A DNA stretch of 64,000 bases from Octopus sinensis. Its lineage: Eukaryota. A program made the translations under genes and the position numbers. The notes below the pieces were generated by a model. The model was not told the DNA's origin and did no database searches. It worked only from the letters and a program-made list of their open reading frames with translations. Location of the stretch: NCBI RefSeq assembly GCF_006345805.1, contig NC_043024.1, positions 18,104,001 through 18,168,000 of the forward strand. Reading direction: 5' to 3'. Positions 62,118-64,000 of the stretch are shown here, piece by piece (within the stretch, counting starts at the first letter, position 1; every line of letters starts with the position of its first letter).

Positions 62118-63733
62118 CACAAACACATATATATGCACACATATACATACACTCACATATAAACAAACACATATACATACATGAAAACATACAAGACAAA
62201 AGTTACGTATGTATGATTGTGTTTTGTACACTTACACATATATACACACATGCATACACCTGCACACACACACATACACCCACACATGCACATATACACA
62301 CAAACGTATTTATATGTGTGCACACACACAGACATACACCACACATACACCTGCACACACACATGCACATATACATACAAACCTATTCCTACAAACACAC
62401 ACACATATACACACACCCATACACCTGCACACATATACACACTAACGTATTTATATGTGCACACACACACACACACGCCTGCACACACACATATACATAT
62501 ATGCCCAAACCTATTTCTACAAACACACACATATATACACACATGCAGAAGCGTATTTATGCATGCATACACACATACACACACACATATACACACAAAC
62601 CTATTCCTACAAACATACACACACACACATATACACATGCATACATACACACATATACACATGCATATATATATACATGCACACACATACACATATACAC
62701 ACAAACATATTTCTACAAGCATACTCACACATACACCAGCAGACACACACACAAACAGAAACATATTCACACACACAACACATATAGGATAAATGTAACA
62801 GCACTATTCTTCAGCACACAGTCTATATAAAAGCCACCAGGATCACTGCCACCATGACCACCACCACAGCACGAAACACTACAACAACCACAACAATAGC
62901 CGGTGCTGCTATATACGTCCAGTCTCATTGTTGTGGGGGTACATACCTAAGCTATTCCTGACAGAGACACAAACATAACATTTACCTGTATCTGTTGTTG
63001 TTGTCGTGTCATGTGCTTGTAATTGTTATTCTCGTCTATGTCTGTCTTGGCTTGTCTCCATTTTACACCTACATTCCTTCTCTCTCTCTTTCTCTCTCTC
63101 ACACACACACACATACACCAATGTCAAGTGTGTACAGACAGACAAAGTGACTCACAAACAGTTTATTTAAGCTGATGCACTCCACGTTTGTATTGAGTAC
63201 TTCTCTGTTATGTGTACATGGACTATTATAAATATAAGAGGAAGAGCATCCAGCTGAAGAAACCATGCCAAACCAGACTGGAGTCTAGCGCTGCTCCCCA
63301 GCTTGCTAGCTCTGGTCACACTGTCCAACCCATGCCAGCATGGACAACAGACGTTAAATGATGATGATGATGATATAGATATATATATACATACATGGCT
63401 CTGTGTTTGTGTTGGTGTGTGGTAGGAGGTTTGCTTCCCAAACACATGGTTCTGGGTTCAGTCCCACTGCATGACACCTTGGGCAAATGTTTTTTCCTAT
63501 AATTTTGGGCACGCCAAGGCCTGGTGAATGGATTTGGAAGACGAAAACTGAAAGAAGCTTGTCATATATATGTATGTATGTATGTGGTAGGAAGTTTGTT
63601 TCCCAACTACATGGTTCTGAGTTCAATTCTACTACATGGTGCCTTGAGCAAGTGTCTTTACCTTTAGCCATCGACCAACCAAAACCTCCTGAGTAGATTT
63701 GCAAGACGGAAACTCAAAGAAGCCTATCATACG

Positions 63734-63765
<32 letters not shown>

Positions 63766-64000
63766 ATGTGTGCATATGTGTGCCTGTATGTGCCTGTGTG
63801 TGTGTCATTATGTTTGTTCACAGACACCACTTGATGGCCTGTAACTTAGCAGCTCAGTAAAAAGAATAAGGATCACGCTTTAAAAATAAGTAGTGGAGTC
63901 GATCTCTTTAACTGCATTCTTCAAAGCAGTGCTCCAGCATGGCCACATCGCAATGACTGAAGCCAGATAAAAGATATAGATACAGAAATTGTTGGAAATA

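Overview
AT-rich, repeat-dense eukaryotic DNA. The SINE, microsatellite and transposon landscape points to a coleoid cephalopod, most likely Octopus (inference from pattern recognition, no database search). I found one host coding exon: a 170-bp + strand exon (29487-29656, ag/gt flanked) encoding the end of a synaptotagmin C2A domain, closest to synaptotagmin-7. The rest of the window is therefore most likely two very large introns. These contain several tRNA-derived SINE families, decayed or internally deleted DNA transposons (maT-like, mariner, hAT, MITEs, Helentron-associated elements), non-LTR fragments (Dong/R4-like, RTE), and a Penelope-like element (PLE) remnant with ~950-bp inverted arms. 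The most striking hidden layer is a set of at least eight minimal type-I hammerhead-ribozyme (HHR)-like motifs, whose stem III is palindromic or can be reconstructed as palindromic. They occur in the PLE arms, in the tail of a tRNA-headed SINE that forms inverted dimers, as a solitary motif with a 17-nt stem I, and in an unclassified 1.2-kb element with imperfect inverted ends and a decayed RRM-like ORF. A separate 361-bp structured repeat occurs in two circular permutations. I found no CRISPR array, rRNA or credible tRNA gene, and the long ORFs in the track are microsatellite artefacts.
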